This document shows, piece after piece, positions 9,758 through 19,629 of a DNA stretch of 64,000 nt. Made by a program: the position numbers and the translations under genes. Source of the DNA: Bdellovibrionota bacterium FG-1. Its GTDB lineage: Bacteria > Bdellovibrionota > UBA1018. Each line of letters opens with the position of its first letter. Position 1 is the first letter of the stretch. Below the pieces are notes generated by a model. It was not told the DNA's origin. It saw nothing but the letters and a program-made list of their open reading frames with translations, and made no database searches. Location: assembly GCA_051382295.1 (NCBI GenBank), contig JBBCAW010000023.1, forward strand, positions 1-64,000, given 5' to 3'.

Positions 9758-11047
9758 ATGTCAAAAAAAGCTGTTTTTAGGACTATTCTAGACGAAGATC
9801 CACTCTTATTGCCTGAACACTACCTCACGCGAAACCTTCCCTGCCCGGAGCCGATTCTTCACAAAGCCATCAGCTTTATTGGCGTACGACGATCTGGAAA
9901 GTCCAGCTTCCTTAATCAAATCAAAGACCAATGGCTCTCTCGTGGCCTTCCGCCTCACGCCATCGGCTATCTCAACTTTGCGGATGAAAGACTTTTTGGA
10001 CTTCAAGCATCGGAACTCGGCACGGCTCTGGACGCTTTTGAAGAGAGAATCAGTGAGCTTGGAAGTACCCCCCAAGCGGTCCTCTTTTTGGACGAAATCC
10101 AGGAAATTGAAGGCTGGGAACTTTTTGCCAACCGCCTCCTTCGTCGAAATGATCTTCATATTTATCTCACGGGCTCCTCTTCCAAACTTTTGAGCCATGA
10201 ACTAGCCACCCAGATGAGGGGACGCTCACTCGCCTTCGAAGTCTACCCCTTCTCCTTTCATGAGTTCTCTCAATTTCATAAACTCGAGGGCAGCCGCGCC
10301 AAGCGCTCGACCGCGATGAAAAAATATCTCCATTCAGGGGGATTCCCCGAAATTCAATCCTCGGAGCCTCGGATTCAACGTCGTATTTTGCAAGATTACT
10401 CGGAAGTACTTCTTCTTCGAGATATCGTGGAGCGCCATGAAGTTTCGAATATTCCGCTCATAAAGACGCTGTTTCTTACGCTGTTCAACCAGGTGGGTAG
10501 CTTGTTTACGATTAACCGCCTACATGATCGACTTAAATCTCTCGGACTGAAGGGCGAAAAAAGCCTCCTTACCGAAGCCCTGGGATGGTTTGAGGATTGT
10601 TATGCGCTTTTCACCCTACCCATGTACTCGGAGTCCTTTTCAAAACAAAACGCCAATCCAAAAAAAATATATGCGATTGACTCCGGCCTCGTTACAGCCG
10701 TCAACTCGGGGCTTTCCGACAACACCGGGCATCTTCTAGAGAACCAAATTTTTATTCATCTCAAAAGAATGGGTGAAACAAAAATTTTCTACTACAAGAC
10801 TCACAAGGGCGGCCTAGAGGTCGATTTTTTTGTCGCAGGAAAACACCTCATTCAGGTTTGTGCTGACTTTTCAGATCCAATCACTCGACAACGAGAACTT
10901 CTCGCTCTCGAACAAGCCATGGAAGAACTAAAAATCCGCTCCTCCTTATTAATCACGCTCTCGTCCGATGAAGACGAAATCAAACTCTCCTCGGGACACG
11001 CTCGAGTTATTCCAGCCATCCGATTTTTACTTCAGGAAAATCTATGA
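9758..11047 (+). CDS. AAA+ ATPase, AAA_14/DUF4143 type
   Basis: 'GVRRSGKS', 'FLDEIQ', 'TGSSS', 'GGFPE', 'KIYAIDSG', 'EVDF'. Confidence 0.9.
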   Translation: MSKKAVFRTILDEDPLLLPEHYLTRNLPCPEPILHKAISFIGVRRSGKSSFLNQIKDQWLSRGLPPHAIGYLNFADERLFGLQASELGTALDAFEERISELGSTPQAVLFLDEIQEIEGWELFANRLLRRNDLHIYLTGSSSKLLSHELATQMRGRSLAFEVYPFSFHEFSQFHKLEGSRAKRSTAMKKYLHSGGFPEIQSSEPRIQRRILQDYSEVLLLRDIVERHEVSNIPLIKTLFLTLFNQVGSLFTINRLHDRLKSLGLKGEKSLLTEALGWFEDCYALFTLPMYSESFSKQNANPKKIYAIDSGLVTAVNSGLSDNTGHLLENQIFIHLKRMGETKIFYYKTHKGGLEVDFFVAGKHLIQVCADFSDPITRQRELLALEQAMEELKIRSSLLITLSSDEDEIKLSSGHARVIPAIRFLLQENL

Positions 11048-11985
11048 ATACCTCGCAAACCAGCGAACATTACCACTCTTATAACCACTATTTAACCGAG
11101 CTTTTCGGCGGCAAGACCTACAAGGTGGTCGTTGCCTCTGGCCTCACCTGCCCAAATCGGGACGGAACGGTTTCTAAAACCGCCTGCGCTTTTTGTGACC
11201 TTCGAGGCTCAAGTTCTTTTCATGGAAAACAAGGCCGCGGAAATTCTGTCTCGGAGCAAATTCAGAAAAATCTGCCGGCGATTCAAAAACGTTTCAACGC
11301 AACTGGATTTCTGGCCTATTTTCAAAGCTACACCAACACTTATGCCGAGGTTACATATTTACGCGAAATCTACGAGGCCGCGCTCACCGAGCCCGGAATC
11401 CAGGGTCTTTGCATCGGCACCCGTCCAGACTGCCTCCCGGACGAAGTCCTCGATCTGCTCGAAGAATTCGCCCAACGGGCCTATGTCTCTTTGGAACTGG
11501 GAGTTCAATCCTTTGAAAACCCGGCGCTTGAATGGCTCACCCGCGGACACGATCGGGATTGCTCCATTCAAGCCCTCACCCGCCTCAAACAGCGCGCCCC
11601 CCATGTTCACACCTGTGTTCACCTGATCTTGGGTTCTCCCCCAGACTCCACTCATGCCGCGCGCGATGCCGCACTTCTACTCAATCAGCTAGGTGCTCGT
11701 GGCGCCAAACTTCATCAGTTGATGGTCCTGGAGCATACCGAACTCGCTGAACGGTATCGCAAAGAGCCCTTTCCAACTCCGGGATTAGATGAGTATGCCG
11801 AGAAGGTCGTGGAATTTATCGAGCACCTCAACCCCTCCATTTACATCGAACGCCTTTACGCGACCGCAAGTCACCCCGAGGAATGCCTCGCTCCCGAATG
11901 GAGTCGCACTCGCTGGAATCCCCACAACCGCCTACGTGATCTCCTCGAACAGCGAAGGATTCGTCAGGGCGCTAAATTAGCCTGA
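11044..11985 (+). CDS. YhcC/TIGR01212-family radical SAM protein
   Basis: 'TCPNRDG...CAFC', 'YFQSYTNTY', 'IGTRPDC', 'ELGVQS'. Confidence 0.92.
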   Translation: MNTSQTSEHYHSYNHYLTELFGGKTYKVVVASGLTCPNRDGTVSKTACAFCDLRGSSSFHGKQGRGNSVSEQIQKNLPAIQKRFNATGFLAYFQSYTNTYAEVTYLREIYEAALTEPGIQGLCIGTRPDCLPDEVLDLLEEFAQRAYVSLELGVQSFENPALEWLTRGHDRDCSIQALTRLKQRAPHVHTCVHLILGSPPDSTHAARDAALLLNQLGARGAKLHQLMVLEHTELAERYRKEPFPTPGLDEYAEKVVEFIEHLNPSIYIERLYATASHPEECLAPEWSRTRWNPHNRLRDLLEQRRIRQGAKLA

Positions 11986-13148
11986 AAATCAGTGTGTCGC
12001 TCACTTCCGCGCGCCGTTCCAAAGATGCTCCGCAACTGACCGCAAGCCGCAAGAATATCGCGTCCACGCGAAATTCGAACGGTGGTAGTTAAGTCATGAC
12101 CAACGAGATAATCCTGAAATTTTTTCACCGATGAATCGGTGGAACGTTTGAATGCTGACCCCGGATGTTCATTAAACGGGATCAAATTAATCTTACACGG
12201 AATCCCGCGTACGAGATTTCTCACCCGTGCGGCATCGTCCAGCGTGTCATTGAAGTCTTTGATCATGACGTATTCAAAGGTAATCCGCCGGCGGTTATTG
12301 GTCGGAAACCTCCGACAAGCGGCCATCAATTCTTCAATATTCCAGCGCTTATTAACGGGCATGAGCGCGGAGCGTTGCTCATCGGTCGAAGAATTCAGAG
12401 AAATCGCAAGCTGCACGGGTGAGCGTTTGCCCATTTCATCGATGGCCGTCACAATGCCAGAGGTCGAAATCGTGACCTTACGCCTCGAAAAATTCATCCC
12501 GTCGGTGTCGAGCAAAATCTCACAAGCCTTGAGGACGTTTTCAAAATTATGAAGGGGTTCACCCATTCCCATAAAAACGATATTGGTGATCGGAGCCAGG
12601 TTTCGAAGTTCCAGAATCTGGGTGACAATCTCATGCACTTGAAGATGCCGATCAAGTCCCTGAATACCGGTTAAACAAAATTTGCAGGCCATCGCGCAAC
12701 CCACTTGGGACGAAAGACAGGCCGTCAAGCGAGACCATTGCCCCGAGTTGACCTTGGCTTCGGCGGGACGTCCCGCAAAACCTCGACCTCGATCATCCGC
12801 GGGGTCGGAGTCGCCTTCGGAGTCCTCGTCCGTGTCTTTTTCTTGAAGGGCGGCGGGGATAATAACGCTCTCAATGGTTTTGGCGTCGTCAAGGTGCCAC
12901 AAAAACTTATGAGTCCCATCCAACGCCTGCTGACTTTGAGCGACTTTCAGTCGATAGATTTCGACATTTTCCTTGAGCCAAGCCCGCAGATCCTTAGACA
13001 AATCTGTCATTAGGTCCCACTCAAAAACATGGCGTTGATAGACCCAGTGAAAAATCTGCTGCGCCCGATAACGGGCGGCGGTCGGACGACCTAATGGTCG
13101 AATGAGTTCAACAAGCTCGGCCTGAGTGAGGGATTGAAAATAAATCAA
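11964..13148 (-). CDS. rlmN: Dual-specificity RNA methyltransferase RlmN
   Basis: 'SSQVGCAMACKFC', 'NIVFMGMGEP', 'NLIPFN', 'DILAACGQL'. Confidence 0.95.
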   Translation of the reverse strand: MIYFQSLTQAELVELIRPLGRPTAARYRAQQIFHWVYQRHVFEWDLMTDLSKDLRAWLKENVEIYRLKVAQSQQALDGTHKFLWHLDDAKTIESVIIPAALQEKDTDEDSEGDSDPADDRGRGFAGRPAEAKVNSGQWSRLTACLSSQVGCAMACKFCLTGIQGLDRHLQVHEIVTQILELRNLAPITNIVFMGMGEPLHNFENVLKACEILLDTDGMNFSRRKVTISTSGIVTAIDEMGKRSPVQLAISLNSSTDEQRSALMPVNKRWNIEELMAACRRFPTNNRRRITFEYVMIKDFNDTLDDAARVRNLVRGIPCKINLIPFNEHPGSAFKRSTDSSVKKFQDYLVGHDLTTTVRISRGRDILAACGQLRSIFGTARGSERHTDFQANLAP

Positions 13149-13342
13149 AAGGTGCTCCGCACCTTTTGGTAGAGGCGCGCGTCATCATAAGCCTTGATAT
13201 CGGCGTCGACCTTGGGAAAAGTCGAAGCATAGGCCGAGGTAAAAGCACAAAAGGCAAGAGCGGATACTAGCATTGAATACATGCAATCGTGCCTATTACA
13301 CTAAATCCAAATAAAAACAAAATCCTTTTGAAAAGAACCCAC

Positions 13343-13386
13343 TTGCACTTTTAACGATAGTTTTGTTACTATTACAGTAACAAAAC
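13343..13386 (+). promoter_or_regulatory. Sigma70-like promoter with an overlapping perfect 11-bp inverted repeat (putative AbiEi operator)
   Basis: TTGCAC at 13343 and TGnTACTAT at 13364-13372. IR GTTTTGTTACT-attac-AGTAACAAAAC at 13360-13386 abuts the ATG. Confidence 0.75.
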
Positions 13387-14064
13387 ATGCAAGAAAAGAG
13401 CAAACTCTCCGATTTTGAAATTCTCGAACCGCTCCCCCCCAAGGTGGACCTTCGCTTACTCGTAGACCGCTTTGCGCACTATCTGCACCCTCGAAAAAAG
13501 ATATTTGATCTAACCAGAAAGGGTTATCTCGAACTCGTCTGCCGGGGACATTATCTCAACCTAAAATCCCAAACATTCAAACAAACCCCTCTTGAATGCA
13601 TCGCAAACGCGCTCTATTTTCCTTCTTATATCTCAGCGGAATGGGCTCTCCAACATTATGGACTGCTGACCGACCGGGTTTACACTGTGACCTCCGTCAC
13701 TCCGAGAAAAACCAAAGACTTTGAAACCTCGCTCGGCCATTTTCAATTTCAGCACCTCCACAAACATCGGTACGCATTCGGGTATACGATTCACCCGGAA
13801 TTTGACTTTCTCATCGCACGCCCCGAAAAGGCCCTTCTGGATTATCTCAACCTCCGAGACCACGAAATGCATTGGCCCTCGAGTCGGGAAATGGAAGCCT
13901 ATTTTAGGGAAAATCTGCGAATCAACCTTCCTTCTCTCTTGCAACAAACAACGACTCCCGATTTGAAGGATCTCCTCCCTCACTATCATCGCAATGCAAA
14001 CGAAGCGCGCATTCTGAAATGGCTCATCGCAAAAAAGGAGGTGGTAGATGGCAAACCTGATTGA
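13387..14064 (+). CDS. AbiEi-like type IV antitoxin / transcriptional regulator
   Basis: 'PSYISAEWALQHYGL...VTSVT', 'ARPEKALLD'. Upstream of an AbiEii-like gene. Confidence 0.85.
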   Translation: MQEKSKLSDFEILEPLPPKVDLRLLVDRFAHYLHPRKKIFDLTRKGYLELVCRGHYLNLKSQTFKQTPLECIANALYFPSYISAEWALQHYGLLTDRVYTVTSVTPRKTKDFETSLGHFQFQHLHKHRYAFGYTIHPEFDFLIARPEKALLDYLNLRDHEMHWPSSREMEAYFRENLRINLPSLLQQTTTPDLKDLLPHYHRNANEARILKWLIAKKEVVDGKPD

Positions 14065-14917
14065 GTCACTCATTCAAAAACACGCACCGAAAAATGGTCG
14101 CGAATATGAAAACGCCTTAAAGGAAGTCATACAGGAGGTAACTCTCGCGGGCCTCGCGCGAGCAAAATTTTTCGATAAAGCAGCCTTTTACGGTGGCTCC
14201 GCACTTCGAATTTTTCACGACTTACCTCGCTTCTCCGAGGACCTAGATTTTACTCTTTTCCAAAGGGATCCAAACTTTAAATTGAAACCCTATTTTTCAG
14301 CGGTAGAACAAGCGCTCGATTCATTTGGGTTTAGCGTAACCATCGAAGAAGTAAAAAAATTAGAGGATCGAACGGTAGAGTCGGCCTTTCTCAAGGCAAA
14401 CACCCGAATGCATCTCCTCAAAATCAACGCGGCCAGTGCCTTCGCGAATCAGGTTCAGACCAATAAGCTCATTCAAGTTAAATTTGAAGTGGACGTAGAA
14501 CCTCCACTCGAATTTGAAACAGAGGTAAAACCGATGCTTCCGCCCATTACCGCCTCGGTAACGGTTTTTAAGCCAAGTTCATTGTTTGCTGGAAAAATGC
14601 ACGCCGTGCTTTTTCGTAAATGGAAAAATCGGGTAAAAGGCCGTGATTACTATGACCTCCTCTGGTACTTGGGCCAAGGGATCCCATTGCACCTACCCTA
14701 TCTCGAACAAAAAATGAAAAGTGGCGACGAAACCAAACCCAACGTCAAACTTACGCGCGAGGTCATCGTCCGCCTTTTAGAGGAAAAAATCTCCTCGGTC
14801 GACTGGGAAAAAGCCAAGAGCGATATAGCCCCTTTCCTTCGAAACCCTCACGAAATCGCGCCCTGGTCAAAAAAATTCTTTCTTTCAGTGATTTCGCACC
14901 TCAAATGCGAAGCGTAG
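14048..14917 (+). CDS. AbiEii/AbiGii-family nucleotidyltransferase toxin
   Basis: 'FYGGSALRIFH.LPRFSEDLDF', 'AGKMHA', 'KGRDYYDL'. Confidence 0.9.
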   Translation: MANLIESLIQKHAPKNGREYENALKEVIQEVTLAGLARAKFFDKAAFYGGSALRIFHDLPRFSEDLDFTLFQRDPNFKLKPYFSAVEQALDSFGFSVTIEEVKKLEDRTVESAFLKANTRMHLLKINAASAFANQVQTNKLIQVKFEVDVEPPLEFETEVKPMLPPITASVTVFKPSSLFAGKMHAVLFRKWKNRVKGRDYYDLLWYLGQGIPLHLPYLEQKMKSGDETKPNVKLTREVIVRLLEEKISSVDWEKAKSDIAPFLRNPHEIAPWSKKFFLSVISHLKCEA

Positions 14918-14962
14918 AATGAATGCTCGCAGTGGCACTGGACTCGGCGACTGGACCGAGCT

Positions 14963-15391
14963 ATGGCTCAAGATATGCTCAAATCCAAGCTGATCCATCC
15001 TCAGATTCTTGAAGCACTCGCCTGTGCGGGACACGGCTCTCACATCTTGATTGCCGATGGCAACTACCCTTTTATGACCGGCGCTCCTGATTCGGCCAGG
15101 ATCGTCTACCTGAATTTGATGCCAGGCGTCCCCACCGCCACGCAAGTTCTCGAGGCCGTGGGGTCGATGATTCCGATTCAATCCGCCGAAACGATGCGCC
15201 CAGATGACGGAAGCCGTGCTCCGATCTTCGAGGACTTCCAAAAACTGCTGCCGGCGGAAATCGAGATCCGCGCCCTACCTCGCCAAGAATTTTACACAAA
15301 AGTGATGTCGCGACAAACGGCGCTCGTGATTGCCTCAGGCGAGCAACGCATTTATGGCAACATTCTGCTGACTATCGGGGTAGTTACCTGA
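14963..15391 (+). CDS. RbsD/FucU family sugar pyranase/mutarotase
   Basis: 'AGHGSHILIADGNYP', 'SGEQRIYGNILL.IGV'. Confidence 0.9.
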   Translation: MAQDMLKSKLIHPQILEALACAGHGSHILIADGNYPFMTGAPDSARIVYLNLMPGVPTATQVLEAVGSMIPIQSAETMRPDDGSRAPIFEDFQKLLPAEIEIRALPRQEFYTKVMSRQTALVIASGEQRIYGNILLTIGVVT

Positions 15392-15505
15392 AGTTCTATG
15401 CATTCGATGAAACCCAGGGGCAATAACCCATTTAGGTATATTTAAAACCAGTTTCCGGCTCAATTTAGTACCATTTTAAGCCAAAACAAGGTAAAATAAA
15501 TACCT

Positions 15506-16831
15506 ATGAAGCGCAAACCACTGCAATCATTGCATAATTGGAAACAAAAACCCAGCCGCACCCCCATCCTCCTTCGAGGGGCCAGACAAGTGGGCAAGAC
15601 CTGGCTTGCCCGGGAGTTCGGAAAGTCGTTTGAGCACTTCGTAGAAATCAACCTCGAGGTCGAAACCGACCTACACTCGTTATTTGATAAATTCATGGGC
15701 GACCCGGCGAGCCTCATTAAGAATCTTTCCCTACATAAAAAGGGAATCGAAATCACGCCGGATAAAACTCTTTTATTTTTGGACGAAGTTCAGGAGTGCG
15801 AGTCAGCCCTAAAAGCGCTTCGGTATTTCAAGGAAAAGCTGCCTGAACTTCACGTTCTCGCAACAGGCTCACTCTTAGAGTTTCAACTCAAAGAGCTCGG
15901 AGTCCCCGTGGGTAGAGTCGAATTTCAATGGATTCTGCCCATGAATTTCGAAGAATTTCTTTGGGCCCAGGGGCTCCAAACTGAATTCGACCCAACAGTA
16001 GACGTCGAAGCCGTTTACCAAAAACACCTGACCACCTACTTAAACATCGGAGGGCTCCCCGAGGTGGTCGACGTTTGGTGTAAAACCGAATCTCTCGCGC
16101 AGTGCCAAGGCGTGCTCCAACGTCTGGCCGCTAGCTACCGCGCCGATTTTTCGCGGTACGCCTCGCGTTCACTAATCGAGCCCCTTCGAATTGTCTTCGA
16201 GCAAACGCCTCGTTATTGGGGGCAGAAAATCAAATACAGTTCACTGAGTCCACAGTACCGTTCAAGAGAACTAGAATCGGCGATCGAACTCCTCGGTGAC
16301 GCAGGATTAGTGACACGATGTATCTTGAGTTCTGCTAACGGTGTTCCTCTATCTGCGGAAATGAAGCCCCAGCACTTCAAGCTTTTTTCAGTAGATCTTG
16401 GCTTAGGCCAAAGATTGCTCAACCTCGATCTTCAAGGGCAACCTTGGAATGAGTGCCTCAATCGCGGCGGTCTCATTGAACAGTTTGTCGCGCAAGAAAT
16501 CCGCTCCTGCGCCCCGATCAATGTTGATCCAGAATTATTTTTCTGGCACCGCGAAAAAAAAACTGCAAAGGCCGAGCTCGACTTTGTGCTCAGTGCGGGT
16601 ACCCACGTCATTCCGGTTGAAGTCAAGGCTGGCATGGGGGGACACCATCCTAGCCTCAATTTATTTATCCATGAAAAGAAGCCAGAAATGGCGCTCCTCG
16701 TTTCCACTTCCGAAACTTTTGATTTTCCGATTAAAAAAGCCTCGAAAGTGATTCACCGCGTCCCCGTCTGGCGCCTTTTTCAAATTCTTCAGTTATTACA
16801 AACCCAAAAAAGCTCGCGAAGCCATCAATGA
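15506..16831 (+). CDS. AAA+ ATPase, AAA_14/DUF4143 type (GARQVGK subfamily)
   Basis: 'GARQVGKT', 'FLDEVQ', 'ATGSLL', 'GGLPE', 'AELDF...PVEVK'. Confidence 0.9.
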   Translation: MKRKPLQSLHNWKQKPSRTPILLRGARQVGKTWLAREFGKSFEHFVEINLEVETDLHSLFDKFMGDPASLIKNLSLHKKGIEITPDKTLLFLDEVQECESALKALRYFKEKLPELHVLATGSLLEFQLKELGVPVGRVEFQWILPMNFEEFLWAQGLQTEFDPTVDVEAVYQKHLTTYLNIGGLPEVVDVWCKTESLAQCQGVLQRLAASYRADFSRYASRSLIEPLRIVFEQTPRYWGQKIKYSSLSPQYRSRELESAIELLGDAGLVTRCILSSANGVPLSAEMKPQHFKLFSVDLGLGQRLLNLDLQGQPWNECLNRGGLIEQFVAQEIRSCAPINVDPELFFWHREKKTAKAELDFVLSAGTHVIPVEVKAGMGGHHPSLNLFIHEKKPEMALLVSTSETFDFPIKKASKVIHRVPVWRLFQILQLLQTQKSSRSHQ

Positions 16832-17548
16832 AACCAATCCCCAGCGAAAAGGAACCAGCTTGGCTTCATTCGTTTTGACTGCAAAAGCCACCTTGCCCCA
16901 CGGGGTTGGACTATTGGACCAACCCGCCCAAGTTTGAGCAGGCACAAAAACGCCTTGAACCGGCACCAGATGTTTTTCTGAAAGGTATTTGACCACCTCG
17001 GGAGCGACCTTGCATCGCTCGCGCCCCATCGAAGTCAAATCGGGCTCATGAAAGCACTCCAGACGTCCCCGCCGCACGAGCACAAACAAATCACGGGCAT
17101 GTTGCCCTTCAAGTCGAATAAAGATTCCGTAAGCCGAAGGCAAAACCTTGCCCCACCAGCTCTGAATCGCCTCGAGCAAAAAATGTTGATAGCCCAAATG
17201 AGGCGCGCACCGATTGCGACTCGACACTGCGGTTTCGGTCGCTTTTTTTCGAAGAAACTCGAGTTGTTCATGAAGATGCGAAAGCGAGGTCAACTCCACC
17301 AACCAACCATCGACGGCCTGACGCTCAAAAAGTAAAAGTTCGCGATGAGGCATCTCCACCGCCATATCTTCGTGTTTAGCCCCAATCCAATCCGACACAT
17401 CCTCGCCCTCAGCAAAAGCCGCTACGATGACCTTGTCCTCAATAATCAGATAAACCGCACCCGCTGTCTCCGCGCCCAGCCCAGTAGCCGAACGCCGCTT
17501 GGGGTAAAACATGGACTGAAAGCTTTGCCAGTCATAGGTCAACTCCAT
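16796..17548 (-). CDS. Hypothetical protein, coupled to the upstream glycoside-hydrolase-like gene
   Basis: 250-aa ORF with a 10-nt overlap with 17539..19590. No recognisable motif. Confidence 0.7.
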   Translation of the reverse strand: MELTYDWQSFQSMFYPKRRSATGLGAETAGAVYLIIEDKVIVAAFAEGEDVSDWIGAKHEDMAVEMPHRELLLFERQAVDGWLVELTSLSHLHEQLEFLRKKATETAVSSRNRCAPHLGYQHFLLEAIQSWWGKVLPSAYGIFIRLEGQHARDLFVLVRRGRLECFHEPDLTSMGRERCKVAPEVVKYLSEKHLVPVQGVFVPAQTWAGWSNSPTPWGKVAFAVKTNEAKLVPFRWGLVSLMASRAFLGL

Positions 17549-19590
17549 AAGTCGCTCCCCTGGGAATTCGGTTGATACCCCGGCAATTCAGACATTGCCG
17601 CGTCTTCGGCACCCGAGCGCGTTACCAAGGAACTCTCGGCCGCAAGCTGACGATCACGCGCGCCAAACTGACTGTCGTATAAACCCAATCCATCCACCGC
17701 TAATGGCAAAATTCCACAAGGAGGGACGTCCAGCGAAAACCGACTCGCCGGGGCCGCCTCCACCTGGGCCGCACGGTTCAGGCCTGAGCCATCCCATTGA
17801 GCCGAAGCCAGAGCTACTGCTAAATCCGAAACGACCACATCTTCCGGAAATAAAATATCGGCACTCACGGCTCGGCGCGTGCTATTCAAAATAAACAGCC
17901 CTAACCCCTGTCCCTTTTTTTCAAGAGGAATCATCGCGAGCCGGCTATCGCTCATCCGGCAATAGCTTTGCACCTCGGCCACCGACAATATCGCCGTCAA
18001 AAACGTCCGCCAACTTGAAAGCGTCTCCCCCGACATCGAAAGGTTTTCGGGCAAATCATAAATGATGAGCTTGCCCTCACCCAACGAATTCACTCGATAG
18101 GTGACACCCAAATCGATCTCGATTTGCTTGCCCTGAGCCGCGAGCCGTTCCAGTTCCTGCCGAGCTTGCGCCGTGTACAAAGGACTCCGAGGCAGGACAA
18201 CCACCCGCCCGCCGGAGGCCCAGTCGGCGAGTTTTCGAACCGAATCGACCGAAAGAATCCACGAAGGATCCACAATCAAGAGCGCCGCCTGCGCGGCCTC
18301 TGAATGAGAGGCCACACCTCGGGTTTTAGAAATAAAATCCAACGAAGAAATGAGCTGGGCCCCCGCACCCACGCGGTGAAAAAGCTCTGTCCAAAGGGTG
18401 CCGGCCCCGGACCAAAGATGGGGCGCCAGGTAAAGGGCGCGAGTTTTTAATTTGAGATCGCCTGAGGCCAACGATTTAGCAAATGACTCCACCCGAGTTC
18501 TAAAGTTTTGAGACAGCGAAAACCACTCACTCTCATCGATCAAAACTCCACCGCCCTGCCCCCCCATGAGCAAGAGCGTCTTGAGAATCAAAAATTGTTT
18601 TTCGGGATCCGCCAGACTGCGAAACCCGCCCAGAGATGTCCAATGAATGTAACCGCGAGTTTCGCTGGCGCTGCCATAAGAAGCCCGAGCGGAAGCTTCA
18701 TCCACTAGCGCTGAAAGCTTGGCAAAATCACCATGCCCCCCCGAAAGCAGGGTCAACACATTACTGTATACCATCGCGGGATCAGCCTCGGGCGTATGGA
18801 GCTCCATTTCCATCACTTTTATGTCAGCGGCTTTTTTTCGAACGAACTGAAAGGTTCGATTTCGAAAAACATCCTCGGATTGCTGATGAAACCACCGGCG
18901 ATTAACCTCTTCCATGGCACGGGTTTTCCAGCGATTGGCCGCCATGGGATTCGGATCCGAAAACTCCCTTTGGGAAAAAAGCTGTTCCACTCGCTGACGG
19001 TAGGCTAGCCCGGCACTGCTCGAGCAATCCCCTGCCAACCCTACATAGGGATGATCAGATGAAACCTGAGGCGAACGGTAGTATTTCCAAAAACTGCCGG
19101 TCAAAACCACGCTGATCCGCTTAAATACTTGAGGAGAATTGCGCTCGATGTCAGCCAACAAACTATCCATACGAGATAAAAAACTGTAATAGCGCTTGGT
19201 AAATTCAGGCGAAAAAAGTGAAGGTAAATGAAAGGCGTTCGGGGCTAACGTCACTGAAACAGGGCCAGAGCCTGAATGCGCGGCCCAAGTGTCTGCCCCA
19301 ATGGCGCGACTCATGACATCTTTAGGCAAACCGGAATGCGCATAGTGAATTCCGACTTCGGGCGTCAAAATTAAATTCACTGTCATTTTTCGTTCGGATA
19401 CGGACTGAAGAAACCGAACCAAGGTATGCGCAATATCCGATTCGACCGCTTGCCAAGGCACAAAAGTGGAAATGTGCGTGACGCCATGCCTTATGAACTC
19501 ATCTAGACGAGCCCCCACACAGGTCGGACGCACCTCCCAATAGTTGAATAAAATTTGAATGGGATGCTGATTCCTTTCAGCGTTATTCAT
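17539..19590 (-). CDS. Beta-galactosidase (GH35/GH42)-like protein, probably degenerate
   Basis: 'GVTHISTFVPWQAVE', 'SGLPKDV', GH42 trimerisation-like 'LADWASGGRVVV'. Start taken at ATG 19590. Confidence 0.6.
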   Translation of the reverse strand: MNNAERNQHPIQILFNYWEVRPTCVGARLDEFIRHGVTHISTFVPWQAVESDIAHTLVRFLQSVSERKMTVNLILTPEVGIHYAHSGLPKDVMSRAIGADTWAAHSGSGPVSVTLAPNAFHLPSLFSPEFTKRYYSFLSRMDSLLADIERNSPQVFKRISVVLTGSFWKYYRSPQVSSDHPYVGLAGDCSSSAGLAYRQRVEQLFSQREFSDPNPMAANRWKTRAMEEVNRRWFHQQSEDVFRNRTFQFVRKKAADIKVMEMELHTPEADPAMVYSNVLTLLSGGHGDFAKLSALVDEASARASYGSASETRGYIHWTSLGGFRSLADPEKQFLILKTLLLMGGQGGGVLIDESEWFSLSQNFRTRVESFAKSLASGDLKLKTRALYLAPHLWSGAGTLWTELFHRVGAGAQLISSLDFISKTRGVASHSEAAQAALLIVDPSWILSVDSVRKLADWASGGRVVVLPRSPLYTAQARQELERLAAQGKQIEIDLGVTYRVNSLGEGKLIIYDLPENLSMSGETLSSWRTFLTAILSVAEVQSYCRMSDSRLAMIPLEKKGQGLGLFILNSTRRAVSADILFPEDVVVSDLAVALASAQWDGSGLNRAAQVEAAPASRFSLDVPPCGILPLAVDGLGLYDSQFGARDRQLAAESSLVTRSGAEDAAMSELPGYQPNSQGSDLWS

Positions 19591-19629
19591 GTTATGGAGT
19601 ATGGCACGGGCTACCAAAGGAGTCTAGTA

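Noticed and set aside
9666..16831. Gene-end duplications around the first two ATPases and the AbiE pair
   Set aside because: Searched by eye and found only short matches (about 9 bp or less), compatible with chance.
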